This document shows positions 28,913-42,842 of a stretch of DNA of 64,000 nt, in pieces (position 1 is the stretch's first letter; each line of letters opens with the position of its first letter). The position numbers were made by a program, and so were the translations under genes. Below the pieces are notes generated by a model. The model saw only the letters and a list, made by a program, of their open reading frames with translations. It had not been told where the DNA came from and searched no databases. This stretch comes from Proteromonas lacertae (lineage: Eukaryota): assembly GCA_002245135.1 (NCBI GenBank), contig NGBS01000314.1:1-64000 (forward strand). Direction: 5' to 3'.

Positions 28913-31900
28913 ATGTTTTATAAGGCATCTGATCCTGTTTAGTATTATTATTCATATATTATTTCATTATTTATCTATATATTCTCCATAGTGTAAAGAT
29001 TGGCTCTTCTTACCGCTTATACACAGTATAAATTTAACTAATTTTTGATATATAGATCTGTGATGAAAGCATGCTTGTAAAGCAATCTTCTCATAAGCAA
29101 AGATATGGTATTTGACTTTTTAATTTCATTTAAATTAGAACATTTATATCTTAAAGATTATATTACTGGTGAAATTGCTATGCAACCTGACTGTCCTCTG
29201 GAAAAATGCGACTTTAACTTTGTACTGAGAAACGTATAAATTATTATTTATAATTAATAGCGTGATGCTTTCTTTTCCAACTGTAGACGTAGAGGATACT
29301 CTATCATTAAAGATTTTAAGAATTACTGTGAGGATATATCCTTTTGCAATTGTATGTGCTGTTTATACACAGTTGGAGAAAACTGTTTGTGTTGTTTAAA
29401 ATGCGGAAGGTTGTATAAACTATATATAACATTATTCTGTTGTAGTTGTCACGAATCCTGCTCTTGGGGTGTTATGAATAAAACTTTTCCAAAACTGTAC
29501 TGGTATTGTCAGAACTGTATTGACGAGTATACATGTAAACTTAGACGATTGCTAGCCAAAATTGAGTATAATATTCCAAAAATAGCCATATATAGATATT
29601 CAGTTGGTGATGAACGGCAAAATGTTTGGAATAAGATAAGAGAAATACTAGACGAATGTGATATTATTGATGATTTCGGAATGATAAAATGTATTGGAGA
29701 TTTGTCCAATAATGTTTATCCATATGAGGCTAAATTTGAAATCACTGCTACAAACGTTGAAATATACCGAAAACTCAAAAGTGCCTATAACGGATATATT
29801 AGTGCTGATAGTCCTGTTTGTATGATCTTTTAATCTTTTTATTAATTTTGTTATTTAGGTTTATTCGAAAGTCATGAAGGATGTTTATTCGTATGCATAT
29901 ATGATGTTTATAATGTAGTTAAATTGTTTTCGAACAAGAATAACAACTCTTTTCAATCCAGTATTTCAGGTATTTATTTTGCTGTAATTGATAGTTCGAA
30001 CCATTAAATCAGTCTTTATGTGACATTGAATTACCTCCATATTGTAAGGTAGAAGCTGTTCTTGCTGAAAAGTATAATTTACATAATATCCTATTTCTTA
30101 TAATAGAAACAATTACAAGCTGTGTATTTTATCTCCATTCTCAGCATTGCATGCCGTATGGATATCTAATATGAGTTACGATAAGTTCAAAACAGATAAA
30201 GTTCAATTTCTTAATCAAGATGGTAATATGTACGATGAAGAAGCAAATCAATTATCATCATGTCTTTGTCAAATCTCTGCATTGCATAAATCATGTAAAG
30301 GATGTGAAGTATGTTCAATGATAGAACCATATGATGATGTATTTATTTATTTATTATAATTATTTTTTGTTATATAGTTATATTCATGTGATTTATGTGG
30401 AAATGTATTTCATTATGGATGTTGCCGTTATGCTAGACCAAAATATAAAGAATGTATAGTATGTAAATTCAATTATCATTTTACTTGTCGTAATAAAGTA
30501 ATTATTTACTACTTGGTTGAATGGTACAATGATATTATGCCAAATTCATGGGAGAGTGAAGATGTTGTTGAAGTATAATTTATAAATACAATTCTTCTTT
30601 TCTTATAGATCTTTATTTAGTGGTATTCACTTTTTGAATATATTCCATGGCAACTATAAGTATCCTGCAATGGATTTAGTAGTGAGAGATATCTTAACAA
30701 ATAATTTGACATTTAAAACATCTGAAGAATGTCGCGATTGTAATAATTTAATGAAGAATTATAATGAAGAATTTGATGCAGTGTTAGGAATAACAATAGT
30801 TAAGGAAAACAGATGTGAAATGGAATGTTTAATATTACCATTTATTCAAAAAATAATTAAAGATGATATAATAATCATTATGTGTAGAAATGAAAACTGG
30901 AAATTATGGTTTCATGCGGTATATAGTCATGTTACTAGTAAAGTTTGTATTTTAAGAGGTATATATAACACTTATATTGATATTGTTTAGAGAAAAGCGC
31001 AAATTACATAAAGGAAAACTTTAATGATTATGATGTTTGTATAACAGATGTATCCAAATTATCAAGAATATATGGGTGCACATAGAAATGCCATATTCTT
31101 AACGGAAGTTTGTTCTACCGTTCCACATGATGAGTATATAATTATGATATTTTAGATATATATATAATGTTTATAGTAGTAATAACAGTAATTCTATTAA
31201 GAAGCAGATTACAGTACATATCACGAAGGGTATTTATGATTTTGTATTAAATGAATATATATCATTTTCTTTATCTATAGAATGCTTTATCAGTATATGA
31301 TGAATATCACAACAACGAAATTAATGTATTATCTCCATCCAGCTTATTCTATAATAATACCGTTATAAGATGTGAACCTAGTAAGAATCAAAAGAAATGC
31401 ATAGAAAATTTGATGTTTAGGAAGTATAATGCATTACACACAAGAGAGGATGATCCAACTAATAATGAAATAGATTTTTCTATAAAACTTGCATGTCAAA
31501 CAAGTGATTATTCATCCAGTCCATATGGAGTTTATACTTCTATTAACCATGAAGAACCATCAAAAATTAAGGATTTGATCTGCCTCATAAAAGAACTGTT
31601 TGTATTTTTTATTAACATGATGATATAATTTAATAGGAAGAAGTTTATGATAGGAAAATCTTAATTTACACACGTTATCAGTGTTTTATTAAATATATAG
31701 TATCAGCATTAACAACAAATGCAATTCCTCATCAAAGATTATTATTCAACTCAAGTGAATTATTAACAACAAATCCTAGAATTAACCCTGATATTAATGT
31801 GTATGTTTGTCATTATGATGAGTTGACTTATGATATTAATATGTCATTCATTGATACAGTATATATATTCTACAAATTTATATATATTATTGATAGCTTA

Positions 31901-33074
31901 TATGTTGTGATTTAGCACCAAATAGAGAAGATGTGGATTACTTATTCAGAACAAGATATCATCTTAAGAAAGAAATGGTATATTAATCGTTTGCTATGAT
32001 GTATTCTAGGATATTGAAACATTTACTTTATCGTTATCAAACTGCGAAGATCTTATATACGGTTTTTATGCAATGGAAGATGGTACACCTACTCATACAA
32101 TAGAGCAATTAACAGTGTATAAATATTGATTTTTATTTTATTTATATAGAGCAGTAATTGAATTTGTAGATGGAGTATATTTTCATTATTTTAGTAATTT
32201 TTTAAATAGCATTTTCTTCGTAATGAACAATATACCGATAATACTTATCTATTAAGGAACTATAAAGTATTATAATTATTCTTTTATTCTCTTTATAGAA
32301 TAACTTTCATGGATATTTTACTACTGATCCAATTCACTTCGAGATGGAGACAGTTATGCAAAGAGTAAATGTTTATAACCAATATAAGTTTTTATATCCT
32401 CATCTGTATGAAGAAGAAAGAGAAGAATTGATTTTTAAGGGAATGAAGGAAGATTTAAGTGTATGATAATAACCACTTTATATAATGCTTATAGTATATG
32501 GATTCAGATAAATGTAATGAATTATTGATCCTCTATGATAGACTACCAAAGTCTGTAAGAATTGTATTAATACCAATTACATAATACATTTATATAGCAA
32601 AAAATGTATGAAGAGTTGAAAGAAGAGTATAAATCTTACATAATAGTAGAAGTATTATTTCTATATATATATATATAATATAATGTTTTAGAGTGATGAC
32701 TTTCACATGTTTCACATAACTATGAATTCCTTTGAATTGAACAACTACAGATTTGATATAAGACATATTAACGATGACTATTTAAAGTGTATAATAATTA
32801 TAATAATTATAATAATGTTGTAGTAATTGTTACAGGTATTGTAGATCCAGCCAAAGTTGATAATACCAAATTACTAACGTATACTATTTTTATATCTATA
32901 TATTCTTTTAGAGGTGATGTTGTATTAGTAATTAATGGAAATAACATTGGAACTCAATCTAAAGACGTAATTAGACATACAATGAACGAATGTATATTTT
33001 CTTTGTTATTATATGATATAGTATCATTTGATGGCGTTGAATTAAACATGGTGATATATAGACATCAAATATAA
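28913..33074 (+). CDS. Highly intron-fragmented chromatin protein: Cys-rich/PHD fingers, chromodomain-like segment, degenerate SNF2-like region, C-terminal PDZ-like segment
   Basis: CEVC...CDLCGNVFHYGC...CIVC (PHD); YYLVEWYNDIMPNSWESED (chromo-like); YDVCIT and KILIYTRY (SNF2-like); GDVVLVINGNNI (PDZ-like). Start and exon chain are uncertain. Confidence 0.4.
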
Positions 33075-33245
33075 ACCATTTATTCATCATTTCATATCTC
33101 ATTGACTTATTACCCATATTTCTAAATTATTTTGTTAATAACCATATGAATTTCATTTTTATTGTGTTCTTTGGGATTGTATTAGTTGATAAAAATTTAT
33201 TCAACAACTATGAAACGAATATATTTTAGAAAATAAATTCAAAAA

Positions 33246-34749
33246 ATGAGTGACAAAACAACTGAATTATATTGTTTGAGAATTTTCTGTAAGTTTATTA
33301 ACCCTATTCTAATGGATCAAAGGTTTAAAGAAGTATATATTTGTATTTTCTATTTATTAGCCCATTTATATAGGATTCAAGTTTTTAGATTATGATTGTA
33401 TATTGATAGACAATTTTTTACCTCCTTATCATGTTAATACTGAATTGAATAAAGGGAAATCGTGTTTGTTCTATCACAATCCACAAAGGTTAATTGTAAG
33501 TTTAATGTAATATATATTACACATATAGAAAGAATTAAAGCATTATCCATTAAGTCTTTTGTTGTTTACTATAGATGATTGTCAAAAAACTCATTTTATT
33601 GGAACAACAGCAGTAGATATGAGCGAATTGGTTTTACATTTAGTATATTTGCATTATTATATCTATTTTTATAGAGAGACAAAGAAACTCAATTATATCA
33701 TATCAATCCGTACATATACGATATTGTTGGTAAACCAATTTCCTATTTTGATGGTTATATTAGCTTAAATATATTTCGTAACATAACACTAAATAATCAT
33801 CCAAATCGTACCAAATTACTTACTCAGCTTGAGAAGCAGTTGAAAAATAGTAGTGATTATGTTGTACTATCATCAGAGAATCATTTAAAAGGTCATGAAT
33901 TTATTGTATATTATATATTACTTATGTTAATTTAACTAATAGCCTTCAAATTTAGAGTATGAAGGTTTTTCAAATAAAAGTGATAATGAAGAAGATGATG
34001 ATGAAATAAAATGTTTTAATTTAAAAGAAGAAGATGATGATGAAAATAATGATATTGACAGTAATAGATTTGTTGACGATGATGAAGATGATGTTGATAA
34101 CTCTGGTTATTATGGTGATACAATAGTAATAGATAAATCACACAGAAATAAAACTCCTTATCAATACTTGCATAATAATAATAACCATAAACATAGAAAT
34201 AAATATAAAAGAAGTGTCGTAAAAGAAATATCATTTTATGAAGAGGAATCACCTCCTCTTCCAATACAACGTAATACAAATAGTTCTGATATAATAAATA
34301 AATCAAAACATTCGCAGTTTAAAAGAGAATTAAATTCTTATAGAGATGAGAACATATTGGATAGAACAATTAGATTGTATGAAGATATGAAAGAAAGAGA
34401 AAAGAGTGAATATGTTAGAAGATATAAACAAGCATTAAAACCAAAACTTATTCATAAACCAAGATCTCCTTTGTATAGTTACATTGACATTCCAGAACCA
34501 AAAGAAAGACCAATTAAATTCAAACATACCTATAAGTTGTGTGATAATGTAGATTCAAATCTTAAAGTTTATGAGAAAAGAGATTGTTTGAATAAAGTTG
34601 TAACTAGATATGCAGGTGAAAAATCTACTAAAATTAATAATAATAATAATAATACACTTAATAACAGAGAAATTAAGAAGAGTAAGAAATTAAAATCAAA
34701 ACAATCGTTATTGGAAAGAAAAGAATTGTTGAAAAGTAGTTGGGTTTGA
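33246..34749 (+). CDS. Hypothetical protein with an N-terminal C2-like domain resembling MAP10/DUF4497
   Basis: IGFKFLDY...LNKGKSCLF...FIGTTAVDMSEL exons, then an acidic stretch and a basic tail. Confidence 0.45.
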
Positions 34750-34886
34750 GTTGTAAATTTATTTATTTTCATTTAAATTTAAATATTTTTCTTTTTTAAT
34801 AAAGCTACCAACAAAAGAGAGATTATATGATTAAAAAATATATTTTATAAGTTGAAATTAATTAATTATTATTATCTCCACCTTTC

Positions 34887-36734
34887 TTATTCGTAAACGC
34901 TCTTACTACCTACTTTAATTAAGTTGAAGTATAATGATGGTGAAACAGTAGCTGCACAGAAGAATCCAGAAAAAAATGCACCTAAAACTCCATGTAAAAA
35001 CATATCTTGACTACACATATAAAAACCATTAAATGGAGATTGGAACTTAAACTTATCCCAATTATCAAACTTTTCAGGTGTATTTCTCATTCCATAAACA
35101 GAACCATTGGCACTATTAATGAAATATTCATTAGTTAAAGGTGAACTAGAATAATGAAATATCTCCTTCACTTTGATTAAAGGCCATCTTTCATATATTG
35201 TTTCTAACAATTGATTGGCTATTTGATCTTTCACATCAGCATATCCTTCAGATCTCATCATTGGTCTTTCATTTCTCCATTTTTCATACCATTTATAATC
35301 ACCACCATATGTTAATAATTGTATTAATGTCTTACCAGGATATTTATCATGGAAATATTTACTTTTAGCTGATGTACAAGTGCAATAAACAGCTGATATT
35401 TTTCTTTCAGGTTTGGATATGAAATCATTCATTTTTTGACTTATATCAACACTTCCATCTAAGAACCAGTAGTTGCAACCATCAATACCAATTTCTTCAG
35501 GAGTTGCATCTACTACTAATTCAACAGAAACTGTATTTTCAGAAGGTGTTAATTGTTGAAGTGCTTGATAAGATGGTAATGTATTTAGGTTAGGATGTTC
35601 TGATAATAATACGTTATAAGTATTATACAAACCAACACCACTAATGACATTATTCGCTTTGATTTCGTGTATTTTATTTTGGTACATCACTTTTACACCA
35701 ATCACTTTAGTATAATTTTCATTAAATAATAATTGTTTCACATCTACCTTAGTAAATATATAACCACCTCTCCTAAACAAATATTCTGATATTTTGTGTG
35801 TGATATCTGAACTACCTTTTAATGGGTAATAGGAGCCATTGATATAGTGCCAAAATACAGCTGCATAGGATGGGAATGATAATTCTGAAGGACTTCCACC
35901 TGAAATCATGAAATAATATGAAAAAATGTATCTTAATGTCATGTTACTGGTTATGGAGTTGACTACTTGTTCTACTGTTTGGTCCATCTCTTTACGTATT
36001 CTTGAATAGAGATAATCTGATATAAATGACAACCAACTTGGAAGGATTTTTAGTTTGAAGATCATGCTGAAGACTTGATTTCCTCTTCTGATTTTTTCAA
36101 TAAATGCATCAATTGAATGTTTATCATCTGGGAAATAATCATATAATGCTTGTCTATGAGAATTAGATTGACAAGTAAATATATATATATATATACCTAT
36201 AGTTTTCAACTCCTGATGGTAATTCAAAACGACTGCCATTGATTTCAATAACTTCACATGCATCTTTTCTTTTACCTCCCTGTAATTTTGAAAATTCAAT
36301 CTATACAATATAAAATTGACATTCATACTGGTTGTTCTATTATTTCTGCCATTAAATCATGTTCTAAACGTGTTTCATACATATTTCCAAGGAAATGAAG
36401 ACCTGTATCAAATTCATAACCTTTGTGTGTATATGTGTGTAAGCATCCACCAACCTTTTGATGTTTTTCTAAGACTACAACTTGATGACCAGCTTTAGCT
36501 AGATTTGCAGCACATGTTAAACCGGAGATTCCTGAGCCAATAACTATCGAATCAATGTTTTCTGGTAATTTTGCTGGAGCAAATACTAAAATATAAGCAA
36601 AGAATAAGAGTACTCTGTGAGGATAAAGGACCATTTTCTATTTTCTTTTGTTTTTTGTAGGTAAATAGTTTATAAACACAAAACACAACCAACAAAACAA
36701 CAGGAATAGCGATAAGGTAAGAGATTGTCTCCAT
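34887..36734 (-). CDS. FAD-dependent oxidoreductase, retinol saturase / phytoene desaturase family, N-terminal membrane anchor
   Basis: DSIVIGSGISGLTCAANLAKAG..VVVLEKH..GGCLHTY...EFDTGLHF; YYPLKGSS; SSPLTN...GSVYG; QDMFLHGVLGA. Confidence 0.88.
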
Positions 36735-36955
36735 TTTTGAAATGTTCTTTTGTTGGGTTGGTTTTCGGGGTATTTTTTGGGTGATTTAAAAAACGACTTT
36801 TTCAATTTTGTATCAACAAAGATTTGCAGATATGTTAAATTATTATATTATCACTATATTATAATTATTTAGTCATATATGAATAATTCATTCATCATTT
36901 CTTGATATTAACAGTTATTGGAAAATACGGTTGCTTCTTACTGCTACAAATATTA

Positions 36956-38211
36956 TTATCGATTATTAGAATTATACTTATTGGTTCTTATAGGTGAAGT
37001 AGAAAAAGAACTACTGTTTGCACTCTTATGTTTTCTTTTCAAATCCTTTTCTGCTTCATCAACTACTGCTGTTTTATACTCATTCCACTTCTTTATTTCT
37101 TTATATCTTGTCATAATCTCATCATATGTTGGATAACTAACAATCATAAAAGATAGAAATACAATTTTGCTTGTTCTCTAAGCATACATAATAGTTCATG
37201 TGAAACTTGTAAATATCACAAACGATGATTAAAGAATAGCATATATATATATATATATATATATAAACATTTAAAAAGGGATATTTTTCATAAAATCATA
37301 TCTTACTAATTCTAACAATTCACAATCAGGACTAGCACATAAGGCAGATGCAAATCTTTTACCTGTAAGAAATCCCACTACATAAAATGATATAACGATA
37401 AATATATGTATACTTTCACCAAAATAGGTTAATGGTCCGTCAATACATAATTCCAGGAATACTGGTTCAACCTGCCTTACATCTTTATCTATTATAGCTT
37501 TAACTATCCTTACTTGGCCTTTTACAACAAAATACATAGCATTTGCCTAGATATTACAATATTTCATTATATACAGGTGAATTCTCTTGAAATATTACAT
37601 CATTATATTTATATCTTTTTCTTGTCATTACTAATGCTAGTGTCTTCAAACTAACAGCTGATAGTGTTTGAAATGGATATATTTGGTCAACTACTAATAA
37701 TTTCTTCTTAAGTTCTTCTTGAACTTTATAATGTGTTGCTTTTTCATAATCTTCTCTGTCCAACACTAATAAATCACAATTTGTTCTTGTTATTACTGTG
37801 TTTCTTCTTGGATCATTACTATCGACCAAACATTCTTCTCCAAATGATCCACCTGTGGTGAGAATCTCTTGGAGTATTGGATCACCTGGTATTTCTAATT
37901 CTTCATTTGTCATATATACACTAACAGAACCATTTATAACTACATAAAATTTGTCACTAAAATGAATAATATTGAATAAATAAATACCCCATCTCTCCTT
38001 GTGAATAAATTGTCTCTTCAGCTGAAACTTTTAAATGTGTCAAGTGCATACATATCTGTTTATGTTCTTCATTACCTGGAACTATTTCTTTGTTAAATAT
38101 AGGAACATCTGCAGTAAATTGAATGAGAGCATCAATTTCTTCTCCTCTTCTTTGGTTTTTAGGCATTTTACTACCTTTTATACACGTTAATCTCAGCTCA
38201 TCCAACCCCAT
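36956..38211 (-). CDS. Cyclic nucleotide-binding domain protein (two cNMP domains), multi-exon
   Basis: IYSQGE...GSFGE...PRRNTV...LLVLDREDY and VIFQEN...MYFVVKGQV...YFGE...RFASA. Confidence 0.8.
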
Positions 38212-38328
38212 TACACTGAAAAAAAACAATTTAAAACGAATAAATATTTTGGGGGGAATTTTTTCGTTAAAATTTTTGAGACACAAATATAAACTTGGCT
38301 TGGGATTAAAAGAATAAAGCATTAGAAA

Positions 38329-39960
38329 ATGGAGACAAATATACAAAAAATACCATCGAATAATAATTCTAATCCAGTTTCAAGATCAATATCTATAGTT
38401 GCACCACCAGTTTCATACAAATGTGCAATTTTAATTACATTTATGTATAGTTGTGTTAATTCAATATAGATATTTATTTTTTCTAAACTTTAAACCATCA
38501 GATCCTCACTTAACTGCATTTATTTCATCTAAGAACATTTCAGACACTGTATTTCAATTTATCTATCGATGATGAATAGGACATAAACTCAAAAATATAT
38601 CCAGTATATACATACTCATTTATGATTGTTTTACCAATGGGAGCAATTCTAGCGGAGTTAGTGAGTTATAAATTAAGTATTCTAATGGCAACTTGTTGTA
38701 GATTTGGTCAAGCAATCTGCCTATTATTCGGAAAAACAATATTCCACATGCAACTGGTTGAATTTTTCTATGCAATTGGTTTAATCAGTGAAAATGTATT
38801 TTTTTCATTTGTTTATAAATTGGTTATTCCTGATTATTATCAGAAAATAACATGTATATACATACATATATATATATTTATTAATTTCAAATAGCATATG
38901 CACAAGGAATATTTCTTATATCATCTGTAATGTCATCTTTGCTTGGAGATTTTTTACTGAATTGTATTAAATTGAATATTATTATTATTATATAATAGGG
39001 ATTATATTAGACTTAGAAGTATTATTTTACATAACAGTCATCACATCTGGTATTAGTATTATAATCGTATTATTTCTCTTTCCAAACATGAAACATTCAA
39101 ACACATCAGTCAAAGATAAAATAAAGAGAATGTATTATTTGTCTATCCATTTATATTCAAATAAAATATATTTTATATTGGTCATATGGTGGGCATTATG
39201 TTATGCTGCTTTCCAGTTAGCATGGTCCTATGAAGTCTCTTTATATAATAACTTTAAACAAGAAGATGATTATAATGGTGTTGTATTAGCAATATCTTTA
39301 TTTTTTGGTTCTATTAGCTCATTTATTTCAGGTATTTCTTATTTAGAAGAATATTTAAGAGATTATATTTATATTATACTAATTGTTGGAACCGCTTTAG
39401 TATCATGTTGTTTAGTAGCGTGTTTTTCCAATATTTATTATTTAACAATCGTTGGTTATGTCCTGTTTTACACACTGTGGGAGTTTATGAATGCAATGTT
39501 TTCTGCTCACACTGCTCAACTAACAGATGAAATACCAAGGGTCAAATCAAAGACATTAAATACTACTAATTCATTGAGTAATATCAATGGAAATATTAAT
39601 AATAGCAATAATAATAATAATAATATTGATATTCATTCACCATTATTAATTACTCCTGAGGAGTTTATTAAAATTGATAATAGTAATAAAGTAGAAGTAT
39701 CACAACAGAATAGTAATGAAAGTAATAATGAGATACAAATACCATTGATCCCTCATACAGAAGATAAACAGATGAAACCATTTTCGTTGATATTTATGGT
39801 GAATAATTTGTTTTCGTTGATTTTACAGACTTTGATTGTATTTTTCTTATTTTCAGTTGGTGAGGTTAATATTAGATGGGCTTATTTTGTATTTGCTATG
39901 ATATTTGCAGCTGGATTTTTGGTTTTGATTATCCTGTTTGTTGTATCGAAATGTGTATAA
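38329..39960 (+). CDS. SLC19-family (reduced folate/thiamine carrier) MFS transporter, multi-exon
   Basis: FKPSDPHLTAFI, KIYPVYTYSFM, LVEFFYAIG, WWALCYAAF, YNGVV; many TM helices. Confidence 0.8.
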
Positions 39961-40078
39961 AAAAAACAAAAATATTCTTTTAATTATTATTATATGTGTG
40001 TATATCCATATCATTTTATTCATTGTTTCATTTTTATATTGTGTATGTGAGTGTTTTTTTTCTTCCAAATGATTAACA

Positions 40079-42783
40079 CTGGGTTCGATAAAGGGCGTCC
40101 TTTTCGAATTTTGCCCTATTTTTGCCCCTTTTTTTTCAGCTGAAAAGAAGCCTGCCCCTTACTGCTCGGGCATAGTAATATTACCATGTGTTATGCTGTA
40201 GTATATTTTTTCTGATTTTTTGTTATAACTTTTCCATATTATCATCTAGATATACTAACATATGTTAAAAAGGATATATTATTGTGTATTATAGCATAAT
40301 AGTCATCTACTTTTCTTATGATTATATAATATCATATGTTTATGCATATATACTAATTATATAGAATATACATACTGTATATCATATTCTGATATGCATA
40401 TATATACATTATGTACATTTCAAGGTGATTGACGTCACTGAACATAAATGAAATTTATATAATAAATAATTTTGTATATTACACATATATCATATAGATA
40501 ATTAAGAAGTATAGCTATAGAATGGGTATTTTCAGTTAATTGATAATCAATAGTACTTGTTATGATAATAACATAATATATTTCATAAACTAATAGAAAA
40601 ACTATTTCAAAATTACTATTTAGTATATTTTGCATACTACTTAATGTATTTCAAGCAATTATTTCAATACTTAGAAAATGGTTTGAGAATTTCGAGCTAT
40701 CATTTTGCATTTCAATTGTATATGGGTAAAACGAGAGATGCTGTGTATAGATACTTTAATGAAGATGTGGTGTTAAAGAAACCCCTTGAAAAATACAACA
40801 GAATTCAATGCAGAAGGTGCAAGGCAATGATTATTGCTCATTGCACTAATTTGAAACGTCATTACAAAAAGTATAAATATATTTATTATATTTATTAAAT
40901 TAGATGTAGTGAAAAGCTAATCCAATCAAAACTTACATAATTGAGATATGATGAACGTGCAATAAACTTAATGGTGACCAAATATCTTATAGAAAATAAC
41001 TTAGCTTTCAGAACCATACAATCTAAATCCTTTAAAAATCTAATATATACATTAAATCCAACTACAAAGTCAATAACAATAAACAAAATAAAAGCATCAA
41101 TGAACGAAGAAGCAGAAAGAATAGTAAAGGAAATTGTAGATAACAGTAAAATATGTATAATTGTGGACGCTTGGAAATCAGTAACCAATGAAAACGTTAT
41201 TAATTTGGCAATAAAGAAAAGCAGTGATATTTCGTTTTTGGAATCCATTTATTTACATAAACGAGAAACATCAGAAAATATAGTGGAATTAATAATTCAA
41301 ACATTAGTGAAGTATAAACTAGATATTAAAAACATTGTTGCTGTGAGTAGTGATAACAACTACACCATGAAAAAGATAAGTAGTATTTTAGAGAAAAAAA
41401 TAAATAGACCTGTAGTAAAGTTTGGATGTTTAGCACACATCCTAAACTTAATCAGTAAAAAAGTATTCGAAATAGAGAAATACAAAAAAGTGATAGTCAT
41501 GTGTAATGACATTATTCATAAGTTAAATAATAATCAAAAGATTAGAGAAACTATATATTCAATTATACAAAAAAATATCCAAATACGCAAGGGTTGTGAT
41601 ACGAGATGGTCAAGCTATAGCGATGTATTTAGAAAAATATTACTCAATAAAGAAATTTTATTACAGATAAAATTATTAAAGGAAGAAGATATACAAGAAA
41701 TTAAAGAATGCTACAAGATTGCAAAATATATTTCCACAAATATACACTTATTATGCAAAGATTCATCTACATTAAATGATGGTTTCAGAATATTGACCAA
41801 AATTAAAAGAAAGTTAATGAAAAGGTCATCAAGTGAAAAAGAACTTATTAAAGACATTATAAAAAAAGAGACTAGACATGCAAACTACAGCATTTTAGCT
41901 CTATATGAATTTTTAGACATAAACAGTAAACATAAATTTTCAGACATGGAGAAGGATAATATAAAAAGATATATATTATCTAAATTCAGCCCTATTTTAA
42001 ATCAGAAAGCATTAAATGAGATTTATCATTTTGAAAGAAGAAAACCATACTGCAAAAAGTGCCCTTCAGATATATTTTCGAAAAAGATATCAACTAATAT
42101 ATGGTACAATATGTATGGAGTTTTTTACCCAAATGTTAAGAAGCTATATGATATTCTTTCAACTATTCCTGTCACAAGCTCATTTATTGAACGTTCATTT
42201 AGTATTGAGGGAATAGTTCATAATCATATTAGAAATAAATTACAGCTTAATACTATAAATAATATTTTAAGAATAAAATATGATTTATTAAAAGAAAAAA
42301 ACAAAGAAAAAGATATAAATGAAGATGATAATGATATTAGTGAAGAAGAATATAATTTAGATGTGCTGAATGAAATTGATAACAATATAGTATATGACAC
42401 TTTAGATTATCAATGTTCTGGTGATGAAGATGAAAGTTCTGGTAGTTCTAGCGATGAAGGTTTAAGTGATGAAAGTTCTAGTGATGAAGGTTTTAGTGAT
42501 GAAGGATCTCAAAGCCCTTACTTTTAAGGCTATTATTATAATGAAATATTATTGTTTGTTATTGTTATAAGATAATAATACATAATTATGAAAAGAATAA
42601 ATATTTTTATAGCGTTTAATATCCCTAAAATCGCACAAAATATAAAAATTCAAATAAAATAATTGAAAAGGGCAAATTGTACCCTTTTCTATTTTTAGAT
42701 AGTATAAAGGACGCCCCTTTCAATTTTTGCCCGGGACATGCCCTTGTCCCGCCACTGCCCTGTCCCTTTATTATTCAACCCAG
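40079..42783 (+). mobile_element. Full-length hAT DNA transposon (2,705 bp)
   Basis: 8-bp TSD GATTAACA (40071-40078 and 42784-42791); imperfect TIRs CTGGGTT..ATAAAGGG; subterminal TGCCC/TGTCCC repeats; internal hAT transposase. Confidence 0.93.
40722..42527 (+). CDS. hAT transposase (BED finger, DDE core, dimerisation domain); one intron and an in-frame TAA at 40938
   Basis: VYRYF..CRRC..LKRHYKKC; IIVDAW, VSSDN, CLAH, DTRWSS, SSFIERSFS. Intron 40871-40903. Confidence 0.88.
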
Positions 42784-42842
42784 GATTAACATAAACAATT
42801 TCAATATTATAATTATTTACTCTTAATAAATTACATATATAT

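Noticed and set aside
40938..40940. Stop-codon reassignment in the host genetic code
   Set aside because: TAA, TAG and TGA all terminate genes here, and the conserved genes show no in-frame stops.
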